Shown: positions 1 to 9,982 of the stretch, piece by piece
How positions within the stretch are numbered: the stretch's first letter is position 1
How the letters are laid out: every line of letters begins with the position of its first letter
Assembly: GCA_964601215.1 (NCBI GenBank)
Contig: CAZRMN010000001.1
Span: 334 to 64,333, forward strand
DNA length: 64,000 nt
Direction: 5' to 3'
Source: an uncultured archaeon
GTDB lineage: Archaea; Aenigmatarchaeota; Aenigmatarchaeia; CG10238-14; SCSR01
The notes under the pieces: generated by a model
Told to the model about the DNA's origin: nothing
The model's database searches: none
Seen by the model: only the letters and a program-made list of their open reading frames with translations
Position numbers and translations under genes: made by a program

Positions 1-2
1 AG

Positions 3-605
3 GAAAAAATTAAAGCAAGTAAGAAAAGAATTTTGGATTCGATGGAAAGAGCAAGCTTGATGAATGCAGAAATAGTATGCGTGCATGCTGGCTATTATGG
101 AAAGCTAAGCAAAGAAGAAGCTTATGAGAAAATAAAAGAAGCTTGCGAAGATATAATAAAAAAAGCTAAATCAAGAGGCTGGGATAATACTTCTTTAGCT
201 CTAGAAACTACTGGAAAAGTTAGTCAGTTTGGAACTCTTGATGAAATAATTAAAATTTGTAAGGAAGTAAAGGGTTGTAAAATTGTAGTGGACTTTGCCC
301 ATATTTATGCAAGACAAGCAGGGAGAATAGACTATAAAGAAATATTTGACAAGCTTAAGATTTTAAAGTTTAAGCATTACAATTTTCATTTTTCTGGAAT
401 CAAGTTTTCTCCTGTTAAAGCTACTGGAAAAGGAAATGAAAGGTATCATTTACCCATAGCTTCAAATTCTCCTCCTTTTGAACCACTGGCAAAAGAAATC
501 CTAAGAAGAAAAATTAGTGCAACAATAATTTCTGAATCGCCCTTGCTTGAGCAGGATAGTTTAAAAATGAAAAAAATATTTGAAAAGCTTGGTTATAAGT
601 TTTGA
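3..605 (+). CDS. Endonuclease IV / AP-endonuclease family 2 TIM-barrel protein (5' end outside window)
   Basis: Motifs VHAG, LETTGK-SQFG, DFAH, HFHFS and ERYHLP; frame is open to the window edge. Confidence 0.85.
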   Translation, partial: EKIKASKKRILDSMERASLMNAEIVCVHAGYYGKLSKEEAYEKIKEACEDIIKKAKSRGWDNTSLALETTGKVSQFGTLDEIIKICKEVKGCKIVVDFAHIYARQAGRIDYKEIFDKLKILKFKHYNFHFSGIKFSPVKATGKGNERYHLPIASNSPPFEPLAKEILRRKISATIISESPLLEQDSLKMKKIFEKLGYKF

Positions 606-1231
606 GATTTTTTGAGTAAAAAAGTGAAGAAATAGCCAAAAACAAAACCTCCTACATGAGCCCAAAAAGCTACTCCACTTCCTATTCCACCTAGAAAGCT
701 TATGGATGCAAAAAGGAATTGAATGAAAAACCAAAAGCCTATAACAATATAAGCCGGAATTCTAATGAAAGCATAGCCGACCCTACTTAAAACTTGTTCT
801 TTTGGGAATAAAACCATGTAAGCTCCTAAAATTCCTGAAATAGCTCCTGAAGCTCCTATGGCTGGGATTTTAGAACCAAAATTTGTAATGAAATGGAAAA
901 AAGTTGCTGAAATTCCTGAAAGGAAATAAAGTAAAAGAAATTTAATTTTTCCTAGCTTATCTTCAACATTATCGCCAAAAATCCATAAGTACCACATATT
1001 TCCGAAAATATGGTCAAAGCCTCCGTGTAAAAACATTGAAGTAAAAATTGTTAGAAGTGAAGGGAAAGCAGGAATAAAACCATAAGTTAAAATTATATTT
1101 TCAAAATCACCTAAACTCCAAATGAAAACTGAAACATTGATTACAATTAATAGTATGGTTAAAACTGGGAATTTTTCTCTTGGTGCTGAATCTGCGTATG
1201 GAAAAATCTGACCTTTCTTATTTTTTAGCAT
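593..1231 (-). CDS. Rhomboid-family intramembrane serine protease
   Basis: SMFLHGG..HIFGNM, GASGAISG (catalytic Ser), AHVGG (catalytic His); multiple TM segments. Confidence 0.92.
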   Translation of the reverse strand: MLKNKKGQIFPYADSAPREKFPVLTILLIVINVSVFIWSLGDFENIILTYGFIPAFPSLLTIFTSMFLHGGFDHIFGNMWYLWIFGDNVEDKLGKIKFLLLYFLSGISATFFHFITNFGSKIPAIGASGAISGILGAYMVLFPKEQVLSRVGYAFIRIPAYIVIGFWFFIQFLFASISFLGGIGSGVAFWAHVGGFVFGYFFTFLLKKSQNL

Positions 1232-1267
1232 ATATGAAATAAGTGTTTTAAAGAAAAATATTTTAGT

Positions 1268-1966
1268 GTGAAGGAAAAAATTAAAGCTTTAATTCAAGAA
1301 TTCCCGAAAACTTATTCTGAGGAATTAGGAATAAATTTAAAATCAAAAAAACCAAAAGAAATTTTCAAATGGTTTTTGGCTTCTATTCTTTTTGCTCACA
1401 GAATTCCAGAAAGTATAGCTAAGAAAACTTTTAAAGAATTTGAAAAAGAAGGTTTGATTTCAAGTAAAAAAATTTTGGAAGCAGGTTGGGACAAGCTAGT
1501 AGAAGTTTTAGATAGAGGGAAGTACGTAAGATATGATTTTTCTACTGCTTCTGCTTTGCTTGCTATAATGAAGCAACTAGAGGTTGAGTATGGTAGCTTA
1601 GAGAATTTAAGAAAAAAAGCTAAAGATCAAAAAGATTTGGAAAGAAGACTTAAAAGTTTTTTTAGAGTAGGTGAGATTACGGTAAATATTTTTTTAAGAG
1701 AATTGAGAAATTTGTGGAAAGTTGAAACTTTACCTTCAAGATTTGTGATAGAAGCTGCGAAAAACTTAGGATTAGTAAAAACTAGAAATCCTGAAAAAGT
1801 TTTGAAAAAATTAAAAGAAGTTTGGAAGAAGAATAAAGTTAAAGGTAAAACTTTTGTTAATTTTGAGTGTGCGTTACTACGTCTTGGTAAAAACTATTGC
1901 TTAAAGAGAAGGTGTAAAATTTGTAGGTTTTCAAAGTATTGTACTAAAAAAACAAAAGCTTTTTAA
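1268..1966 (+). CDS. HhH-GPD superfamily base-excision glycosylase-like protein
   Basis: HhH-like FRVGEITVNIFLRELR and C-terminal Cys cluster C-x4-C-x2-C-x5-C. Confidence 0.65.
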   Translation: MKEKIKALIQEFPKTYSEELGINLKSKKPKEIFKWFLASILFAHRIPESIAKKTFKEFEKEGLISSKKILEAGWDKLVEVLDRGKYVRYDFSTASALLAIMKQLEVEYGSLENLRKKAKDQKDLERRLKSFFRVGEITVNIFLRELRNLWKVETLPSRFVIEAAKNLGLVKTRNPEKVLKKLKEVWKKNKVKGKTFVNFECALLRLGKNYCLKRRCKICRFSKYCTKKTKAF

Positions 1967-1998
1967 ATATTTCCGTTTAAATTTGTATAGGATAGCAG

Positions 1999-2637
1999 AT
2001 GTACGTGGAATCTTTTACAAAAGAGTTAAAGAAGCTTGGAATAGAACCTTCATTGATTTCAAAATTTGAAATAAAAGGAAAAGAACTAGTCCTTTATGTA
2101 GAGGATAAACAGATAAAAACAAAAGACCCAAGGTTAGTTGAGTTAGCAAGGATTTCTTACGAAAATACTGACAATAGGATACTTCAGAAAAAACATCAAA
2201 TAGTTACTGAAATAGCTCATATGATAAACGAATACCAGAAGGAAAAAGGAATAGTAATTTGGCATAATGTAGAAGATCTTTATAATCTTGTGTGGAGTAC
2301 ACCTCTTTCACGCTTGGAAAAACTAAAAAGAAAGGTTAATGATGAGTTAACACAAATTCCAGATGCAGATTATGTAAGTATAGCAAAACCAAGGTATACA
2401 TTCAACCTACAGAAAGATGAAAATGGTATAGTAATTGGTTGTAACCTTGAGATAGATATGCCAAAATATGAAAGAACCTTGGATATGATTCCTCCAAGTA
2501 GGCTGGAGGACATGGCAAGAGGCATACCTTTAGGAGCTTTATACATAGAACCAATACCTTTAAAGGAAGAAGATATAAAGCAAGAAATAGAAGAAATCGA
2601 ACGTGAAAAGTTAGAAGAAACAGTAGAAGGTTCTTGA
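1999..2637 (+). CDS. Hypothetical protein
   Basis: 212-aa ORF with upstream TTTAAA box; no family recognised. Confidence 0.6.
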   Translation: MYVESFTKELKKLGIEPSLISKFEIKGKELVLYVEDKQIKTKDPRLVELARISYENTDNRILQKKHQIVTEIAHMINEYQKEKGIVIWHNVEDLYNLVWSTPLSRLEKLKRKVNDELTQIPDADYVSIAKPRYTFNLQKDENGIVIGCNLEIDMPKYERTLDMIPPSRLEDMARGIPLGALYIEPIPLKEEDIKQEIEEIEREKLEETVEGS

Positions 2638-2644
2638 AGTTCTG

Positions 2645-3535
2645 CTAAGCGATGTAAGTAGTGCCCTTAGATTTGGGTCTTTCTATATACCCAACCATTT
2701 TTATAAAAGTACTAATTATTTCATAATCTTCCTCAATTACAAATAAATGAGACATAGCGGGAATGCATAAAGATTCCAAACCATATTTTGAGATATAAAA
2801 CCTAAGGGCTCCTGGTCTTGCTGTTTTTCTTTCTAGCGTTAGAGATATGTAATGCAAGACTTGTGGGTTTCCAGAAATTATTCTTTCATAATTCCTTTCA
2901 TTAAGGTTTGGTAATAATGGTTTGGCCAACTTAAGAGATACTACCTCATCATAAGCAAACTTTAATTGAGCTTGTCCTAAAGAGCTAGTATCATAAATTC
3001 CCTTGGGTGGAATCATACCCGCTTCTTTACTTCTTCTGTAAGAAGAAATATATCTGTTTAAAGCATACCCTATATCCCGTTTGTCCCTTCTTATTTCCCT
3101 TCTTAATATTCCTCTTCCTTTTTTTCTTTCTATATATCTCCAACGATCCGCGAGTATTACCCTATAACCTATGTCCATAAGAGCGTTTGTAACTTCATAT
3201 CCATACTTAACCATGAGAGTTGTATCTGGTTTTTTGAGTGTGTTTGCTTCGTTTATTTTTTCATCTATGTTAATTAAATAAGTCATTGCTTTCTTGTCTT
3301 GAGGAGGTATTACTTCAAAAAGTGTGGTAATCGCTTCCTTGAACATGGGTAAGGTTGTATTTTTGAAATGGGAAAAAGCAGTTTCAACATCCATTCCTAA
3401 CTTTCTTCTTTGAGCCCAATTTGACCTAAGCGGAGAAATTACATCTTCAAAAACCCTTTTCCCATCTTCTAACACTCCATTTTTTATTCCCTTATTGAGA
3501 AGATAAGTAAGCCTCGTCATACTCATTTTCTCCAC
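2645..3535 (-). CDS. Hypothetical protein
   Basis: 296-aa ORF convergent on the previous gene; no family recognised. Confidence 0.6.
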   Translation of the reverse strand: MEKMSMTRLTYLLNKGIKNGVLEDGKRVFEDVISPLRSNWAQRRKLGMDVETAFSHFKNTTLPMFKEAITTLFEVIPPQDKKAMTYLINIDEKINEANTLKKPDTTLMVKYGYEVTNALMDIGYRVILADRWRYIERKKGRGILRREIRRDKRDIGYALNRYISSYRRSKEAGMIPPKGIYDTSSLGQAQLKFAYDEVVSLKLAKPLLPNLNERNYERIISGNPQVLHYISLTLERKTARPGALRFYISKYGLESLCIPAMSHLFVIEEDYEIISTFIKMVGYIERPKSKGTTYIA

Positions 3536-3622
3536 CTTTTTAAATTTCCTGAGCTAGAATAATATATCCCATCATATTTTTAAATGTTTCCTTTTAAAAT
3601 TTTAGAGTTTTAATAGTTTTTT

Positions 3623-4456
3623 ATGAAAAATTTGAAGTCTAAGCTTTTAGAAAAGATTTATGAAGTTGTAAAAGATTGCGAAAAAGAAGTTGGAATAGCG
3701 TATTCTTCAGGAGTGGATAGCTCCTTGCTTACAAAAGTTTGCTTGAATTTGGGGAAAAAGGTTTTCTTGCTAACTGTTGGCTTTAAAGGTTCTCCTGATA
3801 TAGAAAGGGTAAAAGAATATAATTTTGGTTTGCCTGTTTTTATTAAAGAATTAGATAAGAAAGATGTAGAAGAAGGGATAAAATTTTTGATTTCAAGGTT
3901 TGAGTTTCCTTCCTTAATAGACCTTGAAATTTCCTTAGCTTTTTATTTTATTTTTAAACTTGCAAAGGAAAAAGGAATAAAAACTGTTTTGTCTGCAAAT
4001 GGTTTGGACGAATTGTTTTGTGGTTATAGAAAATACAAGAAAATTTTGGAAAAAGGAAGGGGAGAATTAGAAGAAGCGATAAAAAGCGATATAAAAAAAG
4101 CAAGGGAAATTAATGAAAGAAATAGAAAAATTGCAAAATTTTTTGGAGTAAATTTTATCGAACCTTTTCTTGATGAAAAATTCGTAGAATTTGCTCTGAA
4201 AATTCCCTTGGAGTATAAGATTAAAAGTCCAAAGGATGAAATTAGAAAACATTTGACTAGAGAAATAGCTTTTGAGTTAGGTGTACCAAAGGAAATTGCC
4301 TTTAGAAAAAAGAAATCTATGCAGTATAGCTCGAGAATAGATAAGGCTATAGAAAAACTCGCAAAAGAAAAGGGAATTACAAAGTTTAAAGCTAGAAAAA
4401 TGGGATTTTTGGGAGTAAAAGAAGCTTATGTAAAAAGTTTAAAAAATTCCAGCTGA
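3623..4456 (+). CDS. Asparagine synthase C-terminal (PP-loop) domain protein lacking the glutaminase domain
   Basis: SSGVDSS PP-loop, ANGLDELFCGY, PFLD, RKKKSMQYSS. Confidence 0.85.
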   Translation: MKNLKSKLLEKIYEVVKDCEKEVGIAYSSGVDSSLLTKVCLNLGKKVFLLTVGFKGSPDIERVKEYNFGLPVFIKELDKKDVEEGIKFLISRFEFPSLIDLEISLAFYFIFKLAKEKGIKTVLSANGLDELFCGYRKYKKILEKGRGELEEAIKSDIKKAREINERNRKIAKFFGVNFIEPFLDEKFVEFALKIPLEYKIKSPKDEIRKHLTREIAFELGVPKEIAFRKKKSMQYSSRIDKAIEKLAKEKGITKFKARKMGFLGVKEAYVKSLKNSS

Positions 4457-4457
4457 T

Positions 4458-5108
4458 TTATTCTTCAAAAAGTTTTTCAATCTTTCTTACTATGTTTTTG
4501 GGGAAAATTTTTTCTTTTTTATTTATTTCATAAATTGAACCTAAGAGAAACCATACTGGCTTGTGATCTTTTTTATAGTATTTTTTTACTCTTATGACAA
4601 ATTCGCTCCAATTTATGCTTAAATTTTTAACTATTCTTTTAACATCTTCCAAATCTACTGGCCTTCCTGAAACACATTTCAAAAAAATAAAATCTTCTGG
4701 TTCTACAAGTTTGAGTTTGAGCAAGTCAAATCTTATACTTCTTTTTGATTTTTCTAGCATCTCTTTTGTATCTACTGAAAACACATATCTATAAAACAGG
4801 TCGAACCTTGGAAGATCAGAATTACCTATAACTGTAGGTTTTCCCTTTTTTAAAAGCCCTTCGTTTAGCTTGTAAGGAAGCTTGACTAAAACTTTAGCTT
4901 TTTTGTATAATGGATGGGATAAAATTATTTGAACTATTCCTGCCAAGTCTTTTCTTTTAAAAAAAACTAGATCAAGATCCTTTGTTTGACCTTTTAAACC
5001 ATAGTAAAGCATAGCATTCCCACCAATCAACAGGCCTTCTACTTCGTGCTTAAGCTTCTTCCCAATAAAGGATAAAATGGATTCTAAAAATTCCCTATCC
5101 GCTAACAT
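4458..5108 (-). CDS. Predicted nucleotidyltransferase (DUF6036/AbiEii-like toxin)
   Basis: LIGGNAM..TKDLDLV NTase motif and LK-x-x-SGR-x-x-D-x-x-D motif. Confidence 0.7.
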   Translation of the reverse strand: MLADREFLESILSFIGKKLKHEVEGLLIGGNAMLYYGLKGQTKDLDLVFFKRKDLAGIVQIILSHPLYKKAKVLVKLPYKLNEGLLKKGKPTVIGNSDLPRFDLFYRYVFSVDTKEMLEKSKRSIRFDLLKLKLVEPEDFIFLKCVSGRPVDLEDVKRIVKNLSINWSEFVIRVKKYYKKDHKPVWFLLGSIYEINKKEKIFPKNIVRKIEKLFEE

Positions 5109-5611
5109 TTCAACACCTTTTCGTACCTCTTAGGTATTCTACTCAGCTTTTTGAATTTTTTCCTAGCTTTTTTATAAACTTGATAAAACTCCTTTTTGAC
5201 ATCATATGCCTTAATGTAGCGATACATCCTTTTCCAATTTTTTATTTTCCTTATTAAATTCATTGCAACTTCTAAGTACCTCCTGTTTTTTTCCTCTTTA
5301 TACTTTGAAAGGAAGAATGCTATTTTTTGTTCTGGGCGAATTTTTTCTTTTGCAACCTCTATTTCTGGAGCTATTAAGTGTGTACCTTCATACATCCCTA
5401 AAGACTTATAGGGAAGGGGAATAGAAGAAATCAAGTACATAGTTCCTCTGGGTTTTTTTATCTTTTGGATTATAAAACCTGCCTTATTAAGCTTTGAAAG
5501 ATAAACGTAAGCACTTTTCTTTTTAATTTTTAATTTTTTAGAAACATCCTCAACAGTATTCCAACCGGCTAATTTATTTGCAATACTTCTTTCTTTCATA
5601 ATTAAAGTCAC
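5102..5611 (-). CDS. HTH protein, putative cognate antitoxin
   Basis: N-terminal wHTH-like segment (VEDVSKKLKIKKKSAYVYLSKL); overlaps the NTase start. Confidence 0.55.
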   Translation of the reverse strand: MTLIMKERSIANKLAGWNTVEDVSKKLKIKKKSAYVYLSKLNKAGFIIQKIKKPRGTMYLISSIPLPYKSLGMYEGTHLIAPEIEVAKEKIRPEQKIAFFLSKYKEEKNRRYLEVAMNLIRKIKNWKRMYRYIKAYDVKKEFYQVYKKARKKFKKLSRIPKRYEKVLKC

Positions 5612-5633
5612 TAGAGCTAATATTTAAACTTTA

Positions 5634-5888
5634 CTACACCTTATTTTTTCCATACTTTCCAGATTTCAAAAGTTCTTCCAATTCTTTCTCGTATTCTTTC
5701 CTAAGCTCAGTAATTTTGCTCAAGTATTCTAGAGTTAAGTTTCTAACTTTTTCCTGCACTTCGTTATTTCCTTCAAAAAATTTTCTAAAAAGAGCATAGC
5801 CAATATTTCCAGCTAGTAAAGAGGAAATTAAATCTTCCCACATTCTTAAATAGTCTAAATCTTCTTTAATTTCTCTAAAGCTTCGCAT
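5634..5888 (-). CDS. Hypothetical small helical protein
   Basis: 84-aa ORF with typical composition. Confidence 0.5.
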   Translation of the reverse strand: MRSFREIKEDLDYLRMWEDLISSLLAGNIGYALFRKFFEGNNEVQEKVRNLTLEYLSKITELRKEYEKELEELLKSGKYGKNKV

Positions 5889-5991
5889 AGTTTAGGTTTG
5901 AGAAGTAAAAGATTTAAAGTTAAATCATTTTAAATTATTTTTGGAATATTCCATACATTATATTTAAATACTTTTTGGAGATATCTTAATT

Positions 5992-6288
5992 ATGGAAAAA
6001 ACTCTTGAAGAACTACTTGGAGAAGTAAAAGTAGAGAAAGTTTCCAAGCTTACAGCTAAAGTTTTTAATGTAATACACGAAAAATGGCCAGTAAATCCTT
6101 TAGAAGTGGCTGAAATTTTAGGCGATACAGGCAAGGAAAAAACTCTTTCTGCAAAGTACTTGTACCATTTCAAGAAACTGGCAAAAAAGGGCTTGGTGAA
6201 AATCAAAAAAATTGGAAATACTTACATTGCATGGCCTGCTGAAATTGAAAAGTTGAGGGTGATACATGAATTGTTAAAGGGGGTGTAA
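5992..6288 (+). CDS. Winged-helix transcriptional regulator
   Basis: PLEVAEIL..YHFKKLAKKGLVKIKKIGN wHTH pattern; first gene of an operon. Confidence 0.7.
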   Translation: MEKTLEELLGEVKVEKVSKLTAKVFNVIHEKWPVNPLEVAEILGDTGKEKTLSAKYLYHFKKLAKKGLVKIKKIGNTYIAWPAEIEKLRVIHELLKGV

Positions 6289-6293
6289 TTTAA

Positions 6294-6830
6294 ATGGGTA
6301 TAGCTGGTATTTTAAAAAAATTGTTATTGGGAAGAGCATTTGCTGCTGAAAATGGAAGAATAACTATTTTAGGAAGCTATAATGTAAGCTTACTGGAAAG
6401 CCATGGATTTGCGGTATTTTTACAAAAATTATATGAGGAGTTAAAGGAAAAGAAATTTTATAAGATCTTAAAAGAAGTCACAACAATCAGTATTAAAGAA
6501 ATATATCAGTCTCTAGGTGTTACTCCTTCGGTCAATGAATTAGAAAAGTCACTTCCCTTCATGGATATTTATGGTTGGGGAAAAATTGCACTAGTAAATA
6601 AAGGTGAAAATAAAAATTCTATGTTTTGGTTAGTTAAGGTTACCAATTCACCTATAACAGAATATGCAAAGAAAATGTTTGGAAAAAAATCAGAAGTATG
6701 TATTTTATATCGGAGCAATTTTGAGGCTGCATTTGAACTTGCTCTTAAAAAACCTATTAAAGTTGAAGAAATTGCTTGCTTTTGTAAGGGTGCACCTGCG
6801 TGTACATTTAGAATTGAAGTAGAAAAGTGA
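6294..6830 (+). CDS. V4R (4-vinyl reductase) small-molecule-binding domain protein
   Basis: YGWGK, C..R, E-x-x-C-x-x-x-G-x-x-x-C-x-F C-terminal signature. Confidence 0.85.
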   Translation: MGIAGILKKLLLGRAFAAENGRITILGSYNVSLLESHGFAVFLQKLYEELKEKKFYKILKEVTTISIKEIYQSLGVTPSVNELEKSLPFMDIYGWGKIALVNKGENKNSMFWLVKVTNSPITEYAKKMFGKKSEVCILYRSNFEAAFELALKKPIKVEEIACFCKGAPACTFRIEVEK

Positions 6831-8314
6831 AGTCTATGGGATTTTATGATATGATAATTAGAAAAAAAACGAATGAAGTAGCAAAACAAGCAAGGGAAGC
6901 TTTACTCTCTATACCTTTTTACCAAAAAAAACTTAAACATTATAATGTTCCAAAAAAAGAAGTTCGAAAAATTAGGGACATAGAAACTTTAAGTGAGTTT
7001 TTAGATAAATACTCTTATGTTCCATGGGTTTCAGAAAATGATCTGATGAATTATGACTTTTCTGCTAAATTGAGTAGAGTTCCTTTAGAGAAAAGAACCT
7101 GGTTACAAGCTACCTCAGGTTATTTTTTAGCAGAAAAAATTTCTTCTCCGTATCTTAAAGATTCAACAGAAGAAATATTAAAAATAATCTCAAGAAAAAA
7201 AGTTGCATTTACAAAGAAGGATGTAAAGAAAGTAGTTAATACGGTTATTAAATCGAGACTTAAAGAACTTACAGGTACTTCTACCCCTACACTTGCTATA
7301 ATTGCTAGATTTGGTGATTTGTGTGGCTCGGGTACCTACCCTCTATTGACTCTTGCTGGGAATTTTCTAAAATATAATCCTAAAGTTCTTTACTATGGTG
7401 AACCAAAAAATTCAAATCAATTACTCCAATGGGCGTATGAATTATATAAAATAAATCCTGAAGGAATTCTTACAACTCCTATCATGATTGAAAAACTTTA
7501 CAAAACTCTTGAGGAGAATCTTTCTTTTACATCCTTTTCAAATCTTAAATTTATTTCGCTAGGTGCTATGAGACCTTTAAAATCTTCTCTCGATGCTTCA
7601 TGCAAGATAGGTGCAAAAATAATTATTAATGGATATGGACTTCAAGAAGTTGCACCTTTAGGTATAGTAGCACAAGGAATTTTATTTAGTTCAATCAAAA
7701 AAATACCCCCAACTGATGGTTTAATTACTTTGGGTTCTCTTTATTTTGTTAGAATAGTAGATAAGGAAGGGAAAACCGTTAACCCTGGTGAAAAAGGAAC
7801 TATAAGAATTACATCTCCTTTTGAGGGAACAACATTAATAGACTATGACACAAAAGATATAGGGAAACTTGTTGCATTAAATAGCCTTATTACTTATCAC
7901 AACAAAAATTTTAAAGTACCATGGCCTCTTCTCGATATTAATATAACTAGAAGTATAGAACATTCTATTGATGTAGTCGAGCATAGAGTCGATACGGTAC
8001 TTTTAGAGGAATTATGTTCATCTGTTGATGGATATTCTTTTCTCGTAGGAAGTGACATAAAGAATTTATATATCTTTTTTAAGGATGATGTCCCAAATGA
8101 AAAAATAGAAAAATTCAAAAAAATGATTAATCTTTCATTACCAGAAGAGGTAGTAGCTAATACAAAAATATGTAAAATACCAAAAGAAGTAATGAACAAA
8201 TTTCTTCACCCTATAGAACATTATAAACCACATAATTTCCTTAAAGAGAGTTCAAAAATAAAAGAATTAATTAAACTATTTAACCAGCTATACAAAGAGC
8301 GTGAAAACCTATGA
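6827..8314 (+). CDS. Divergent adenylate-forming enzyme (PaaK/phenylacetate-CoA ligase-like, ANL superfamily)
   Basis: IPFYQKKL N-terminus, ATSG P-loop remnant, GYGLQE, GEKGTIRITS, YDTKDIG. Confidence 0.65.
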   Translation: MKSMGFYDMIIRKKTNEVAKQAREALLSIPFYQKKLKHYNVPKKEVRKIRDIETLSEFLDKYSYVPWVSENDLMNYDFSAKLSRVPLEKRTWLQATSGYFLAEKISSPYLKDSTEEILKIISRKKVAFTKKDVKKVVNTVIKSRLKELTGTSTPTLAIIARFGDLCGSGTYPLLTLAGNFLKYNPKVLYYGEPKNSNQLLQWAYELYKINPEGILTTPIMIEKLYKTLEENLSFTSFSNLKFISLGAMRPLKSSLDASCKIGAKIIINGYGLQEVAPLGIVAQGILFSSIKKIPPTDGLITLGSLYFVRIVDKEGKTVNPGEKGTIRITSPFEGTTLIDYDTKDIGKLVALNSLITYHNKNFKVPWPLLDINITRSIEHSIDVVEHRVDTVLLEELCSSVDGYSFLVGSDIKNLYIFFKDDVPNEKIEKFKKMINLSLPEEVVANTKICKIPKEVMNKFLHPIEHYKPHNFLKESSKIKELIKLFNQLYKERENL

Positions 8315-9015
8315 TTAACTTGTGGGACCTATATTCTTTTACTTACGATTCACTAGCCATTCTTCCTTCTTATAAAAATATGATAAATAATATTATTAAA
8401 GCTCTTGAGATAACTGAAAAAGAAAAATATCTCGACTTAGGTTGTGGAACCGGAAATTTAGCACTTGAAATCGTCAAAAGGTACAATACTTTGGAAATAA
8501 GTATCTATGGTTTGGATTTTTCAAATACATCACTTCTAATTGCAAATAAAAAAATTAAAAATTTATCCACAAAATCGAAACCCCATTTTTTTCTTTATGA
8601 TGTCAGAAAAGGTTTACCATTTCCATCTTCTTATTTTGATGGAGTATCCCTTGTTCAATTAATAAATTATTTTCCTAAAGTTAGTGATGTCATTAAACTT
8701 ATGGGAGAAGTGAATAGGGTTACTAAAAAAAATGGAAAAATTGTTATTGTAAGTGTAGCCAGACCTCATAAATTTATAAAAGGAAGTCTAGATTTTAGGA
8801 AAGCTCTTCAATGTTATCCACTTAAAACCATAAAAAATGTCCCATTTTTTATAGCAAATGCGTTTTTTAATTTACCTATGAAATTGGGAAAAAATATAAA
8901 ATTATATGATGAAAAATGTTTGGAAAAAATAGGAGAAATATTAAAATGGAAAAAAGAATATTCCCAAAGTGTTTATTATAACGACATAAATATACTTGTC
9001 AAATTTAAAAAATAA
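8311..9015 (+). CDS. Class I SAM-dependent methyltransferase
   Basis: YLDLGCGTG, GLDFS, LPFPSSYFD, VNRVTKKNG. Confidence 0.9.
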   Translation: MINLWDLYSFTYDSLAILPSYKNMINNIIKALEITEKEKYLDLGCGTGNLALEIVKRYNTLEISIYGLDFSNTSLLIANKKIKNLSTKSKPHFFLYDVRKGLPFPSSYFDGVSLVQLINYFPKVSDVIKLMGEVNRVTKKNGKIVIVSVARPHKFIKGSLDFRKALQCYPLKTIKNVPFFIANAFFNLPMKLGKNIKLYDEKCLEKIGEILKWKKEYSQSVYYNDINILVKFKK

Positions 9016-9072
9016 ACCAATTATATAGAATACTCCAAAATATTTATCGTTTTAAAAATAATTTTTTAATAT

Positions 9073-9660
9073 ATGCCTTCCGTTTCCAGAAAATATCTCA
9101 AATTCTGCAGGCCTACATTTTATTGTGAATCAAATTCTACAGAAATTAAAAAATTGGCAAAAAAAATAGTTAATGATTCTAAATCTTCTGAAAAAATGGT
9201 TAAAAAAATTTTCTTATGGGTAAGAGATAAAATTCAATGGGATATAACAAAAGTAGTTGGTATAAGAAGGTTACTTAAAAGAAAACCTCTAAGGGGTAAT
9301 TGCACAGATAAAGTAAATTTATTTATCGCTCTCTGTAGAAGTTTAAAAATTCCTGCAAGGTATGTTTTTCTCTATTGTTCCTTAAAGAGAAAAAAGAAAA
9401 ACTTACCTAAAAAAGTCGGTCATGTAATAGCTGAAGTTCTTATAGATGGTAAATGGGTAATTGCTGACCCTACTTTTGGAAAACATACAAAAAAGCTTGT
9501 AGAAGTAAGCCAACTAGGAAAACCTAGCTGGAAAAAAGCCTACATAATTTTTAGAACTAGAGGTTTATTTCCCCTGATGGTTTGGATTGACAATTTTCTA
9601 ATGCCATACTCTCCTAGTTCTAAAAAGCTTAAGCATGAAATAGAAAAATTAAAGAAATAA
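9073..9660 (+). CDS. Transglutaminase-like cysteine protease domain protein
   Basis: GNC-x-D..ALCRSLKIPARY, GH-x-x-AEV, W-x-x-x-DPT (Cys-His-Asp triad). Confidence 0.9.
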   Translation: MPSVSRKYLKFCRPTFYCESNSTEIKKLAKKIVNDSKSSEKMVKKIFLWVRDKIQWDITKVVGIRRLLKRKPLRGNCTDKVNLFIALCRSLKIPARYVFLYCSLKRKKKNLPKKVGHVIAEVLIDGKWVIADPTFGKHTKKLVEVSQLGKPSWKKAYIIFRTRGLFPLMVWIDNFLMPYSPSSKKLKHEIEKLKK

Positions 9661-9673
9661 TTATCAAATGAAA

Positions 9674-9814
9674 CTATTCCTTTTTCTCGTGATAAAAACT
9701 TTTAACATAAGCTTTGAATTCTTCCTTTAGGTACTCAAAAAGTTTATCCGCTAATTTATCAACAAGTCTATCTAAAACATACTTCGCAATCTTTTCTTCT
9801 AGTTCTTCTTCCAC
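9674..9814 (-). CDS. Small helical hypothetical protein (46 aa; below the ORF-track cutoff)
   Basis: Read by hand: GTG-EEELEEKIAKYVLDRLVDKLADKLFEYLKEEFKAYVKSFYHEKKE-TAG. Confidence 0.4.
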   Translation of the reverse strand: MEEELEEKIAKYVLDRLVDKLADKLFEYLKEEFKAYVKSFYHEKKE

Positions 9815-9847
9815 AAAATTCTAATAAAAAGAAAATTATTTAAGCTC

Positions 9848-9873
9848 TTGAATGTTATACGTATAACATTCAA
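9848..9873. repeat. Perfect 26-bp palindrome TTGAATGTTATACGTATAACATTCAA
   Basis: Seen directly; its core recurs at 11394-11411. Confidence 0.9.
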
Positions 9874-9982
9874 ACAATATATATCATAAAATTGTAAAAG
9901 AAAAATTTTGATATAGCCTTGTAATATGGGTACTTTTTTTGTAGAAGAAATGTAATTAAAAACTCTCAAAGAACCGTGTAAT

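Noticed and set aside
1196..1231. KKG|Q prepilin-like motif at the rhomboid N-terminus
   Set aside because: Not directly followed by a hydrophobic helix; probably coincidental.
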